Shown piece by piece: positions 51,636 to 64,000 of a stretch of DNA of 64,000 bases. Numbering within the stretch: position 1 is the first letter of the stretch; each line of letters opens with the position of its first letter. The position numbers were made by a program, and so were the translations under genes. The notes under the pieces are model-generated. The model searched no databases and had not been told where the DNA came from. It saw nothing but the letters and a program-made list of their open reading frames with translations. The stretch comes from Vicugna vicugna (Eukaryota), in assembly GCA_013265495.1 (NCBI GenBank), contig MU058844.1:2707520-2771519 (forward strand), written 5' to 3'.

Positions 51636-52108
51636 GCGCTGCTCCTTTGTTTCTCCTGTTTTTATATCCTGGCTTAGGGGGCGGTTTTTGTGACTGGTTG
51701 ATTGATTCAAGGCTCAGGTTCTTTGAGTGCTCAGGCTGGCTGACAGCTCCTATTCCTTATGCTCAAGCTGACTGACAGCCCATGTTCCCTGTGCTCAGGC
51801 ACGCTCATCTCTTTTAGGCATGTTTTTACCCATGATGCACACAGAGAAACTGTGTGCATGGGAGGGGGCTCAAACTGTAATGTTAATTACATTATAATGA
51901 GCATTGGGTCAAGTTAAGCCAGGTCCTCCTCTCTACTGTGCAGCCGCAGACTTTGATTCTAGTTATCTTCTTTGCTAGACTTCATTTAGAGAGAGTAAAA
52001 GTTTTGGGAGCCTCTTATCCTGAGTGCAGGCATACCGTTATTTTCTGGGTTGCCCCCTCCCCTTCCTCTCCTCTTGCCTGGTGCTCATTTCTACCTAACT
52101 GCCTAACA
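51458..52108 (-). mobile_element. ERV1-type solo LTR ('LTR-C', 651 bp)
   Basis: Minus strand TGTTAGGCAG...GGTAATA, 4-bp TSD TGAC (51454-57, 52109-12), TATAAAAA (51666-59), ATTAAA (51561-56). Confidence 0.9.
51628..51705 (-). promoter_or_regulatory. LTR-C core promoter motifs: GC box, TATA box, YY1-like site at the expected start
   Basis: GGGGCGG ~51678-84, TATAAAAA 51666-59, CGCCATTTT ~51638-30 about 25-30 nt downstream of TATA. Confidence 0.6.
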
Positions 52109-52399
52109 TGACCTTTTGTGAGCTGGATTACTGACCAAGCTCAGTTATTACCAAAGTCTACCAGTAGAAATTTCTCTAGCCCTAAGTTTTTAAGAATTTG
52201 AATAGAGTATATTTCCAGCCAATTACGAAGGATATAATGAGTAATCTCCATATATTTAGCATTGAGTTTAGAGCTCTGGAAAAGGCAAAGGAGTATTCAA
52301 TGCTATCCCTCGTGCTCATATAGGTTAAATAAACAAGATACCAAGACTATGCATAAAAATAAAACAAAAATACTAACTTGTACAAAATATGCCAAAGAA

Positions 52400-52640
52400 A
52401 AGGCACCCTAACCCTACAGTCTAAAGTAGACCCCTACTATTCTCTTACATTTTTTTATAGCTTCAAGCACTGTCTACATAGTATTTATTTATAGGATCCC
52501 TTAACATCTGTGTCTCCACTCCACACTTCTGAGCTACATAGACAGGGGCTGCATACTGTTGTATTCATTGCTTTATCCTTACTGTCTAAAATGGTGTCTG
52601 AGACAGAGTAGGTGGTAACTAAATACCTGTTGAATTAATT
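52400..52640 (+). mobile_element. L2 3' end
   Basis: 'gacaggggctgcatactgttgtattcattgctttatcc...gtaggtggtaactaaatacctgttgaatt'. Confidence 0.75.
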
Positions 52641-52719
52641 TTTGAAATACACTGTATTCACAGACTAGTGGAAGATAATGAAAAATAAACAGATCACAGT
52701 TTCATTCTTTTTTCACTGT

Positions 52720-52975
52720 TTAATTAATTTATTCAACAAGTGTTTATTGAGCACCTACTATGTCAATACTGTCCTTAAAAGATGCAGACAGATTAGTGAA
52801 TAAAAGGCACATGATCACCGACCACATGGAGCTCACAGTGCAGGAGACCATTATCAGATCATCAAACTATCACAGTAAATAATTATAGGTAAATATACAA
52901 TTGTAAAATGTAAGGTCATTATGAAGTAAAAGTCAAAACAGAGATCTGATTTATTCTTAGGGGTCAGGGAATGAA
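52720..52975 (-). mobile_element. L2 3' end
   Basis: 'attcaacaagtgtttattgagcacctactatgtc'. Confidence 0.8.
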
Positions 52976-55599
52976 GAAGGAATAGGAATTATGATTTTAG
53001 AAATGAGAGAGATCACTGAGGCCAGCAGGGAAGAAACAAAATTTATTTCATTGAAGTTTCACAGAAAAGAAGAACTAGTCCTGGGTATTAATTCATACTA
53101 TCCTTCAAGGCAAAATTACATGTACAGAGGCATCTAACAGTGCTTATAGTTAATGTGTAAACTGTATTTGAATGATGTACTTTTCAAGATATTTTATTTT
53201 CAAATAACTTGGGTATTGAGTCTTTTGAAATTTTATTTGTTTATATCTGCTGCTTTTCAAATTAAATGTATTCACTTTGTGCCATCTTCATTTTTGCAAC
53301 TATTCAATGTACTACAAAATACTGTACTTCATTTGTTTAAGAAGCATCAAGATTCAAAAGTTTTTTTTTCTTCAAGAAATTAACTTCATATCTCTTAACA
53401 AAATGCCAGAAATAACAACAACAGTAAAACAGACTGGGGGAAGATAAGCACAGTTACTTGAACCAGATTCTTTCCAAATGAATAACCGTTAAAAGTTTTC
53501 TAGAAGAGAACATAGCTCTTTAAAAAAAAATTCTCATGTAGATATGACTGATGGCAGTACATTATTTCATGAATGGTATGTTTCTTTAATATAGATCTGT
53601 TAAATATTCAAGGGAAGGAGTTAATTTGGAAAACATTTCCATGTAAAGTTACTAATGTATAGAGTTGCTATCATAATTTTAAAAGGCAGCATGCCTTAAA
53701 CTACCAATAGAGCAAGAACTGATAGGTTATTTTGAAGGCAGGCCCACACCCTAACAAAGCCAGTAAAAGTGGGCAGTGATCATGAACTCATTTCAAAGCT
53801 GAGACACTGAGTACTTGGGTTGTGGCAGTTATTATTTCCTGAATAAGACTTTATGCCGGATCCAGAATTCACTCTGTCTGACTCTCAGCCAAGAAAGGAA
53901 GTAGCGTGGGTGACCAAGTTTAACACTTGCTCTGGGGATTTCTCTCCAGCCAAAGCTAAAAGGAGACTATAATTGGGTAGCCAGGCCTGTCCTTAGCACA
54001 TTCTGTATTTAGATGGCTTACCAAAGCTCATTAGACAGCAAAATCATTCTGCCCTTTGCCCCTACAGACCTCCAAAAAAACCCTGAAGGGGCTGGGTGTT
54101 GGCTCAGCCAAGATAAAAAGGGCTGAGGAGCGAGGAAGGGGAGGAGGGAAAACGGGCCCTACTTGTGTCTGTAGGCTTGGAAATAAAACAAACTAGAGTT
54201 AAACCTCCCGTTACACTGTCTACTAGTTGTTTACCTTTAATTAAATTACATCCCCAACTGAACCTTGGGTTCTTCCGCTGCAGAGTGTATGCACAGTAGT
54301 AACTACTTCACAGAGTGGTTTTCGCTGGCTGGCAGACAGGAAACAATAAATACTAGTTTCTGTTGCTGCTGCTCTTACCACCTTTGTTATGCCATCTATG
54401 GAGAGGGAAGAGGGATAAAATGCTGAATTTTTAGATTTTAAAGATGCCCTGTTTCTTTCTGCCATCTCTAAGCCTCTCCTCACCTCATTTAACCTTCCTT
54501 TAGATTATTCAGGTAAGAAGCAAAGGAGATATTTGGCACAGAAAAAGGTTGAGCAACCCGCCCTAGGACTAATCTTCCCGACAGGCACTCCCCAAGAATA
54601 GCTGTTTCCAATCAGATAGTTGCCAGGCATGCCCAGAACTTCTTTTTTTTTTTTTTTAAAGCAATTTGAGTAGGTCACTTGGGGGAGGCAAATTAAAAGA
54701 ACCTTTCTAACTAAGTCAAATCTTCCTCTCCAGCTAATTTTAATACATCTTTGTAAATTGCTCTTGAAAGCTTCACCAGATATTCAAAGCAAAGTGCAAC
54801 TAAAATGTCTCATACCAAAAAAAGAATAGAAAAAGGAAAATTAAAAAAAGGGAGAGGAAAAAAAGTTCTTAACAGTGCAGCCTGAAGACTGTAGCACTAC
54901 ATAAGAAATAAAAATAGCCTGGATACACAATTTCTTTTAAAATAAAATTTTAGATATTGGATACCGAGTCATATGCTTCTAACAAATGGGGGACTTTTAT
55001 TATTTCCTATCAAAGTGACAAGACACATGGAGATACTTGCTTTTTTGGGGTATCAGTGTACTAAACTTCTAGGGAACTTTTCTAAAAAGGTATTTTAAAG
55101 CTGAAAACCATATTTACTTTTTTGGGGAAAAAAAGCATTTTCTCTGGCAAGTGAGAGTAAAAATAATGTTCCTCCAAAATACCCAAGAAGGAAGGAAAAT
55201 AACTTTTACTTTAATAGCAAGAATAAAAATTTACAATGAGGGGGGATGGGGCAATGGTTTAAATCTTCAAGTCATTTTGGATTTGTCAGACAAAGGGGAA
55301 GAACGACTTTAACTGTTAACATCAAACTTTCTGGTTTTTCTGTAACTTTATGAAAAGACCTATTTCACAGTAGAGTGTCTCTTTACTATTTTTCTCAGTT
55401 GAGGGTTTGTATTGAAAGAGATTCCTTTTGGGATTCAGACAGCAACCTAAGTCCAAAAAACCTCACAAGGTCTCAGTTATGACCAGTGAAGACTAGATGC
55501 CTTCCCTAATCCTGCTTTACTTGGAATTTCTACCCTACAGCTTTCCCCACTTCACAACACACATGATAGGGACAAACATATTCTATGTTACTCTTAAAC

Positions 55600-56350
55600 T
55601 TCATGCATATATTCATTTCCTCAACCAGTCTTATTGCACACCTACTATGTTCCAGGAGCTGCACATAGTATGTACATGGCAGTTGTAGCAATAGAAATAT
55701 TAAGACAATAGTGTACCGATCATGATATATTTTGACTGTAGTACCAGCAAGACTTGCTAATGAATTTTATATGGTGACTAAGAGAAAACAGAATCATCAA
55801 GAATGACCTTTAGGTGTCTTTCATGAGGGGTAGGTGGCAGTCTCATTAATTCAGAGGAAGAATATCAGAAAGGAGTAGGTTTGAGCATTTGAGGAAATCA
55901 AAAGTTCTGTTTGGGACCTGCTGTACTTGGACTGTTAGGTTTGTTCAGTAGGCATTTGAAAGCAATAGGCAGTGGGAGAGGTTGCTAAGGAGGCTATGGG
56001 ATGGCCAGGGTTAGAAAGAAAACATTTGGCAGTCACTTGTCTACAGATAAGATAAAAAGCCATGAGAAGTAGAGAGGGTAGAGAGGGAAAGGAGGAGGAG
56101 CCAGAGCTATGTCCTGGGGCACTCCAACATTATGAGAAAAAGGAGGCAGCAAAGGAGAATAAGAAAGACAAGGTTGTGAAGAAGATAACCAGGAAAAGTG
56201 GTGTCAAAAAAAATTAGTTGAATAAAGTTTATCAAGAAGGTTAACTGTGTCAAACACTGATTGCTGTGAACTGGACTATGAAGAGGGGTGCAGATTCGGC
56301 CATCGGGATAGAAGTCACTTGATATATTGAGGAAAGTGTTCTCAGTGGAA
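55600..56350 (-). mobile_element. L2 fragments
   Basis: 'cttattgcacacctactatgttccagg', 'gagctatgtcctggggcactccaacatt'. Confidence 0.7.
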
Positions 56351-56759
56351 TGGTGCATCTCTCTTAAACAAATCGCTTCATTATTCACTATGGCCATCAT
56401 ACAGATTAGATCATCAGTGCACGGAACGTAGAACATGAGCCTTACTCGTCTCTGCATTCCTAGAGTTTAGGACAGTGTCTGACATATAACAGACTTCCAT
56501 ATTGAATGTTGAATATTGGCTTTGATCAGTGCTTTATTATCTGCTGTCTGTCACAGATGGTGTACCTCTAAAAGGCAGAGAAAGCACTTATGCATTTATC
56601 CTTGAACTGTGTTTTACACTTTCCTAGGACATTTATAACTGTGATTAGATGCTTAATAAAATAATTGTAATGGGAAAGAAGAAATACGGTTGTAGTACTA
56701 AGCTAGAGAACAAATTAACATCTCTATGAAGAACAGGCTGGAGACCAGATTAATGAAGC

Positions 56760-57239
56760 TGTGAAGGTTTTAACAAATGGTCACAAATTCTTTGATACTC
56801 CTCTTTCAAGAGATGAAGTCTAATTCCCCTCCCTTTGAATGTGAATTGAACTCAGTTATTCACTTCTAACAAATAGATTGCTGAGGAAGTATTACTGCTT
56901 GACTTTCAAGACTAGGAGATGGAAAGTAACACAGCTGCTGTCTGGCTTTCTCTCTCCTTCAGGACTCAGGCCTTTGAGCACTGACTTGCCATGACTACCC
57001 TACACTGCCATGATGGAGAGACCACATGGAGAGCACCTAAAGAGAGAGAGATGACAAGGAACGCCAGCTGTTCCTGGCCTAGGTGCCAGACAGTGCAAGA
57101 GAGGAAGCCCCAACTACCGTCTGACGACAACCATACCAGCCTGAGCCTAGTCAACCCCTGGAACTATGAGTGACAGGAATCATTGTTTAATGCCATTTAG
57201 ATTAGGTTGGTTTGCTACACAGCAATGACTAATGGAACA
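56760..57239 (+). mobile_element. MLT1F/G-like solo LTR, near full length
   Basis: 'tgtgaaggttttaacaaatggtcacaaattctttgatactcctc...ggttggtttgctacacagcaatgactaatggaaca'. Confidence 0.88.
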
Positions 57240-59867
57240 GACAACAGTGTATTTATTCAGCCAGAAAAGAAATAGGTTCAAATAGCAAAATAGAAAAAAG
57301 ATACCTTCTGACTGGCCTAAAAAAATATTCAAGAAAGAGACAGGATGAGAAGAGTAGCTTGAATGACCCCTAGTACTTTTGTTTGAGAAAACAAATTCCT
57401 GACCTGAACAGAAGACCCTGTAATATTTTGAAATAAGCATGAATGGGTGAGATGAAGATGAAATGAATGAGTACATGAATGAATGAACTATTCCTCCAGT
57501 CTGAGATGCTATTCATGCCTATAGATAGCATTAAAAGCACTCTTCTGGTCTCAGATGCTATTCATGAATAGTTTTTGGATTTCATGGTACTACTATGATA
57601 GTAAATAAATAATACAAAGGGTATCTGTTGATCAAGTCAACGGGATGGTATAGAAGTTGCAGTTTCTCTTGCCTCCCCTTCTTTTGCTAGTGGTACATTT
57701 CAAGTTCACTAGTCGAAATAGCTTTCACATAGTAAGGAATGTGCTATGTTACAGAAGCCCAGAACTGTAGGTTTGCTCATTTTCATTCCCCTTGAATCTG
57801 AGGAACAGAAATTGGGGAAATGTTAATGTGTGAGCATCCTCATTATTATCATAATGAAGTTTCACTTAAGCTGTGTCACCTGGAACCGGGGCTGGATTCC
57901 AGAGTTATGATTTCTTATTTGCCACAGTTACATAACCCAGTTGCATAACATTTATAAAACACCATGTAGAAAGCTACTTCTGAGCTTTTCCTTCCCTCTT
58001 CATCACACATTGGGCTGACTAGACAGAAGCTTCAGTGAAAACCCACAGTCTACAACCTATCACATCTTTACCTTACAGTGGCTGTGCCCATCCTGATAAG
58101 GTTCCAGCACTTTTATCCACTACGAAGTATTTCCACCCACTTTTTATAGGCTGTTTATCCCAGGTATGCTTCTGAGCCAGAAAGACCTCTCCCTCCTCAC
58201 ATTCTCCTATAGGTCTTTTCCATCTACATGGAATTTAAATAGCCATCTCTTTAGATGACTTGCTGTCTAACATCTAAATTTCATATTTCATGTTTTCTAA
58301 ATTTTTTGAATATACTGAACAATGCCTTAATACGGTATTTTGCTTTGCTTGTTTTCTGTTATTTGATATCCTTTAGATTATAAACTTTTTGATGGCAAGG
58401 TCAAGGTCTGTTGAATTTATTATTGAAATGGGGCAATACAGCACCATATTAAAATAAGTATTTAATAATAATAATAATTTAGGAATGTTCATGTTTATCT
58501 GCCCTTTCTAATTTAAAAAAAAACTACATCAGTATATTGAGGCCTTCCTCACACTGTTTTACAGTCCTCTTTCTCTTCAATATTTAAATGTCTTCAATTA
58601 ATTGCAGGTTGTAAACTCTTAGTCTGCTTTTAAAGAGAGCGTCTTTTCTGCATAAGATACAGTACAGCTCTGTTAAACTGTTTTTGCTTTGTCTTTTTAT
58701 ATAAAATGAATGTAGCGATATAAGAAGAAGCAAAACTCAGTAGAGGACCAAGAAAAGATACTTATCAGTCATACTTAATGCCTAAAGGAAGGGACAAGAA
58801 AATTGGGTAAACAAGTTAATGTTTACCTGCAGGCCCAAACAACATGCTACGTCATACTGGCCTGTTGGGAAACATCACGCCTTTGACTAAAAATAGCAAT
58901 ATGGGGAATCCATTTTACAATTTGTGTTGTTATTAAGTCCACTGCTGCTTCTCATTCCTGCAACTCAGTCACTGAGCCCACTGGCCTGCACTAGAGAGAC
59001 AGGTGGCTTTGGACAGCGCGCTGGGCATACCTGTTTGTATTCTAATGGCTGGCATCAGATAGTGTGGTGGACTGTGGCAAGCAAACAGAATTGTTTTCCT
59101 CCAATTCTGTTTTCAGCAAAGAATTATTTTTAATTCCCCTGTCCTGTGTGTTGCCAAAATTCTTAAAATACTGTTCATGGAGACTTTTTTGTTACCCGCC
59201 TTGGAGCCCAGATGTAGGAATCCAGCCAGTGCAGCTGGTGTAACTTGGCTGACTCTCACAGATAATTCAGTGTTTGAACAGTCTTCCTTTTTTTTTTTTA
59301 AATGCTGTTATTATTTTGGAACATTTTGGAGTAAACGCTTATGGACATAAAGTATAAAGGTTGAAGGACTAGCAGCAATATAGGGTAAAGCTCTCACTTC
59401 TTTTTCCTATAGAGACTTCATCAAACTAGGCAAATACACACACAAAATTACAGCTCTTTCTTCAACCCTATACAAAATCAAACATGCCCCAGAGCTTCAT
59501 ATACAGACTTGTCAGGGAGGCCAAAGAAGAGGGAAGATACTCCTTTTGCTTTATCTTTTTTTTTACAAGAAAATTCATGCTATGAATATAAACAAATCAT
59601 ATCCAACACTGACATGTAAAAAGCAGAAGAATTTTAGGAGTGAAAAATACTCATTCAGAAATTCCAACACAAATCCCACCGATGCTTAGGGCAGTAAAAG
59701 TGATTTTACTCTAGACTTTACTTCTGCTAAATTCTGGCACCACATTGACTACTTACAAAGCAATTGCATTTTATAGCTGACACTGTATTATACTGATATG
59801 GCATGAACATAATATTAATCTCTCTGACCTACATTCCAATTTGCATTCTTCTGTGAAATATTATGAA

Positions 59868-60120
59868 ATAATAATAGCAACTGTTGGTTGAAGGCTTGCT
59901 GAATTGTGCTATGCGTGCTACATGGATTGACTCATTTAATTTTCTCAATAAATGAATGAGAAAATGAAATTACCATACCGATTTTACCAATAAGGACTCT
60001 GCAACCCAAGAGTTTAAGTGATTTACCCAAAAACTCACAGCCGGAGTTTACTCACAGTGGCAGAGCTGGGGTTTGATCATAGCCATCTACTTCCAGAGCC
60101 TGTGTGAGAAACACTACATT
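59868..60120 (-). mobile_element. MIR SINE
   Basis: 'actcatttaattttctcaataa...gagtttaagtgatttacccaa...agtggcagagctggggtttga'. Confidence 0.8.
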
Positions 60121-63100
60121 CTGTCACCTTTCCAAGGGAGGGATGGAATGAATCACTGCTAAAATGCAGGGTCTGCACACAACTATTGTTGTGCACAGCC
60201 CACAGGAGAATGTTTTGCTTTTAGACATTATCTAGTAAGTATGTTACAATGGAAAGAGCTTAAGAACTGATTACTCAGCTATGCTGTGAATTCCTTCCCT
60301 CCTGAAGGAAAACTGCGTATATGCTTTGCTGTTTCTCTGCAGACTAGCTAATCTGATAAACAAATAAAAGAAAGTGGCATTAATGACTCATAATTACTTG
60401 ATGTATATCCCTTCCCTAATCCATGTATGTTTCACCAGAAATCATCGGTGCCTTAATCTCAAAGGCTGAGTAATACAAGAAACTCCCCTATCAGGATGAA
60501 CTGCAGAACTAAATCTCAGTTGGGAGATACTTCACCACCCTTCAAACACTTATTTCTCTACGTTACCATCTACTCCATCTCTGCAAATCATTAGCTAACT
60601 TTTGAGACAAATCATTAAAATTGCCTTGCAATCGCTGACTTTAGCATGTCCCAACTTTTTCATTTTTATTTCTTTATTTAGTAACTCAATTGCAGTATTA
60701 AACATAAAACAAGCTAGAGTATCCTCCCTCCCTCATTTCTAGAGTGATGTAACACTTCCTTCTAACACCCCCTAAATTCTAATAACATGCTACTTGCATG
60801 TATGGATCTGTTTTCAAAACTTAAAAAGCTATAAGCTCCATATAGAAAGAAAAAAACGCAGCATTTTAATAGCAATACGTGTTTTAACTACCTAGAAAGT
60901 TTAACCCTGCACCAAACTTTCCAGGCCATGTGGAAGTTACAAAAAAAAAAAAGCCTATGAGATAATATTGCCAATGTGAAATAGCTTTCATTGTTGGAAA
61001 ATATAATGGTATACTCTATCCTGAGGGTCTTAAAGGTATTTAAAAATAGCAACAGATCTCTCCCCTAACTGAATTAGGTGTGATCCTATCAGAAGGCAAG
61101 CTGTCTTTGAACCTTATGAATGTAACTTGTACAAACATAATATAAAAACAAAGCAAGGCGTAGGGAAAAATCATTAATTTTAGGCGTGAAAAAAATGTAG
61201 AGCTATATTCCAATATGTAACCTCCTCCAATATGGACTATTTTGAACATGCTGTTATTGCAAAAGCCATTAATTTTGTAGTATGTCCTGGAATTTAAGTG
61301 TCAGATAATAAACACTCAAGTTGGAACTGGAAATAATGATACAACATCATGAAATCATGATATGACACTAAAACATTAGTGGACACATCATGAAATAATC
61401 ACAATTTGCAACTGAATCTTTCATTTTGCAAAGGACTTGGCAAAACATCACTCAATAGCAACACTGTTTTTCAGGGAGACCTTGGGAAAATAATTGAAGT
61501 AAGCAATAGAGAAAGGGTTACAACATTCATTTAAATGCATGCAGAATGTCGTAGGATCATAACTAGAATTTCACATCTTTCTGGCTTTTAGTAAGTAACT
61601 TTGTACTCATCTAATATAAAACATAAGTGGAAAAATTTCATCCATGTTCATAAAAAGCAAATATCTTGAAGTACTTGAAGAAATCAAGCACTGCATATTA
61701 GTGCAGGCGTGTTTCAAAAATAACCACTAACCCAATCCCATTACTGGGAGGACTGCTGCACTCTATAATTATGTTTGACAGTTTTTTTAGATCTTTCCTC
61801 CTCCAAATTATCTGAATTTGAGTGAAAGCCAGAGGGCTATCTTGAAATTTGATGGAAAAAAATGAATGTGCTTTTCTGAGGTATCAAACCTGATATATCA
61901 TAAATATAGGATTTTGGTAGGCATAAAAAATAATGTTGAAAGAAAGACTGCTTGAAGCATATGTCCTTAAACATATATGCTATCACATGTGAATAATGTT
62001 TAATGAGTAAGTAACCATTAGTAAGTAAGAAAAAGCCTCCCCATTGACACCAGTGTTCTCAACTTAAGGTTATTTATTTAACCAATGTCTAGTATCTCCA
62101 GCAAATTTTCATTCAGCATACCTTTAGGAAATTGTATGTGGCGGGTTCTATGCAAGGTACTGGGAACTCATAGAGTAAAAGATAGAGTCTCTTGTCCTTG
62201 AGATGGCCCATCTATTAGAGGCCCCAATTCACAACTTAATAAAATACACTATCATATTGTTCATCTATGTTTAAAAACTTTGGTAAAATAATAAATCATA
62301 ATTGCTTAAAGTTCTCCAGGTTATGTTCACATATGTTCTTCTTGCATTCAATGATCCTCTAATGAGTTAAATTTTAGTAAAGTTTAGTTTAAGAACACCA
62401 TTACCTATTCATCAACTGATATTTGATAAACTTTTCTGCTTCACATATGTCCTTGGCTCTTAGAAACTATCTCTGTCATAGAAATAACAAATTTAAATAC
62501 TTTAAAATACCATTCCCATTACCATGTATTCCTCACCCATAGGCAAAGACAAAAAGGAATAGAGGTATTAGCATAATATATAGGAAGCAGAGAGTAATGA
62601 GAAAAGAATATGTAAGAATGTTACAAAGTAATAACCATGCAATTCATCTCCTAGACTATATACCTATGCTGGGAATCCAATAGAGACATTCACAATATTC
62701 AGAAACAGCACATTTATGAATGAAATTTGCATATTACAAATGAAAAAAATATATTCCAGAGTCTATACTTCAGATCAGATTGTAATTTTTCTGTCTAGAT
62801 ATGTCATTAAAGATTACAAATTTGGTTTTTAACCATACTTGCCCTTTATTCATATGTCTTGAGCTTATTATGCTAGCCACAACATTGCAAAGACTTCTGA
62901 ATCCTATACAAGTGTTTTGAATATGTTAGGGTAGATTTGTTTTCTACAGTTTAATTTTCCTCAATTCTGTTTTTTTCCCCTATATATTTTGTTAAATTAA
63001 GTTTTAATTTTTATCTTAAAAAATCATTATATACATGTTAAAAAAAAACAAAGATGGGAGACCAAGTAAGTTCCTCATATTTTTTTATGTCTTGGGATAA

Positions 63101-63644
63101 GTAAGGGAAGAAGTACATCCTTATGAGTTCATGGTGGTAACAGTTATCATTCATCGAGCACTTACTCCACAATGCTCCTTTCCATGTATGAAGTTTCCTT
63201 CCTGAGAAGGTAGCAGAACAAATGTTAACTTGGCTCTCTCTCTGAGTCTTTCTCACTCTATTCCTTGGAAGGTGGAGTCACTCTTGAGACTGTAAATTTG
63301 GGAGTAATAACTGACATAGCCAACTCCACCCTCTTTCTCTAGGACCTGTGCTTCAGGCAGAGAGCACATGATCACCCTGCTGAGAGCACGTGGCTGCAGC
63401 GAGTGCTGTTAAGGCTGGATGTATAAATCTGCCTCTTTCTGGAGTCTGGTTAGAGAGTTTATTTAGCTTTCACATATGCCTTCCAGCCTGGCCTCTTTAA
63501 TAAACATAGGTGCTATTTTGACCTCTATCTTTAACTCTTTTTCATTTACTTGATTTTCTCAGCCAGGACATCAAATGTGAGGTGACTTGAGTCTACTTCT
63601 AAACAATACCCCTCTTCCCTGGCTGGGTTCAAAGCAAGTTGAGA

Positions 63645-63860
63645 ACCCCACGCCAGACACTGAGCCAAGTGTGTTATACACATGATCCCTATTTATTCCT
63701 CACGACAGCACTATAAAGGAATGATTGTTCCCATTTTGGAGAGGAGGAAACTAAAGTTTAGACAAGTTAACACAATTTCTTAAGGCTGCAGTGACAGAGT
63801 TGGGCTTTAAACCCAGATCCAACTCTGAGGCTATAAATCTCAACCACTATGCTATATGAC
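63645..63860 (-). mobile_element. MIR SINE
   Basis: 'cccattttggagaggaggaaactaaagtttagacaagttaa...gacagagttgggctttaaacccag'. Confidence 0.82.
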
Positions 63861-63879
63861 TATACTGAAATTCTGACTA

Positions 63880-63985
63880 GAATAAATTAATATAATAAAT
63901 AAGTATATTTATTATACATTATAATACATCACATATTATTATATATATATAAAATATAATATTATAATAGAATAACTAATAAAAT
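63880..63985. repeat. AT-rich low-complexity tract
   Basis: Nearly pure A/T with (TA)n. Confidence 0.75.
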
Positions 63986-64000
63986 TAGCTGAAGCTATAG

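Noticed and set aside
1..64000. CRISPR array, prokaryotic operon or defence system
   Set aside because: The sequence is clearly mammalian and repeat-rich, with no regularly spaced repeat-spacer array and no ORF longer than ~130 codons.

Overview
AT-rich, CpG-depleted mammalian genomic DNA. It is very probably from a camelid (alpaca, llama or camel), judged from two tRNA-Ala-derived SINEs of the Vic-1 type and young artiodactyl-type L1 3' ends. I find no recognisable protein-coding gene: the ORF-track entries are chance ORFs or decayed L1/ERVL fragments. Much of the window is transposon relics: L1, L2, MIR, MaLR/MLT1, an ERVL (LTR16-like) provirus remnant, hAT/MER DNA elements and ERV1-type solo LTRs. 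Repeat family names come from recalled consensus motifs, not from a RepeatMasker run. The most interesting part is 45.2-52.1 kb, which holds three intact ERV1-type solo LTRs with 4-bp target-site duplications (TSDs). (1) The middle LTR carries a ~263-bp inverted copy (~96% identical) of the host DNA just upstream of it. This long inverted repeat sits between the promoter of one LTR and the poly(A) signal of the next, a possible hairpin-RNA/endo-siRNA unit. (2) The third LTR, on the minus strand, has TATA, GC-box and YY1 motifs and a splice donor pointing at two well-formed downstream exons, a candidate LTR-initiated spliced lncRNA with a 64-codon sORF. Both structures are visible in the sequence; their expression and function are inference.
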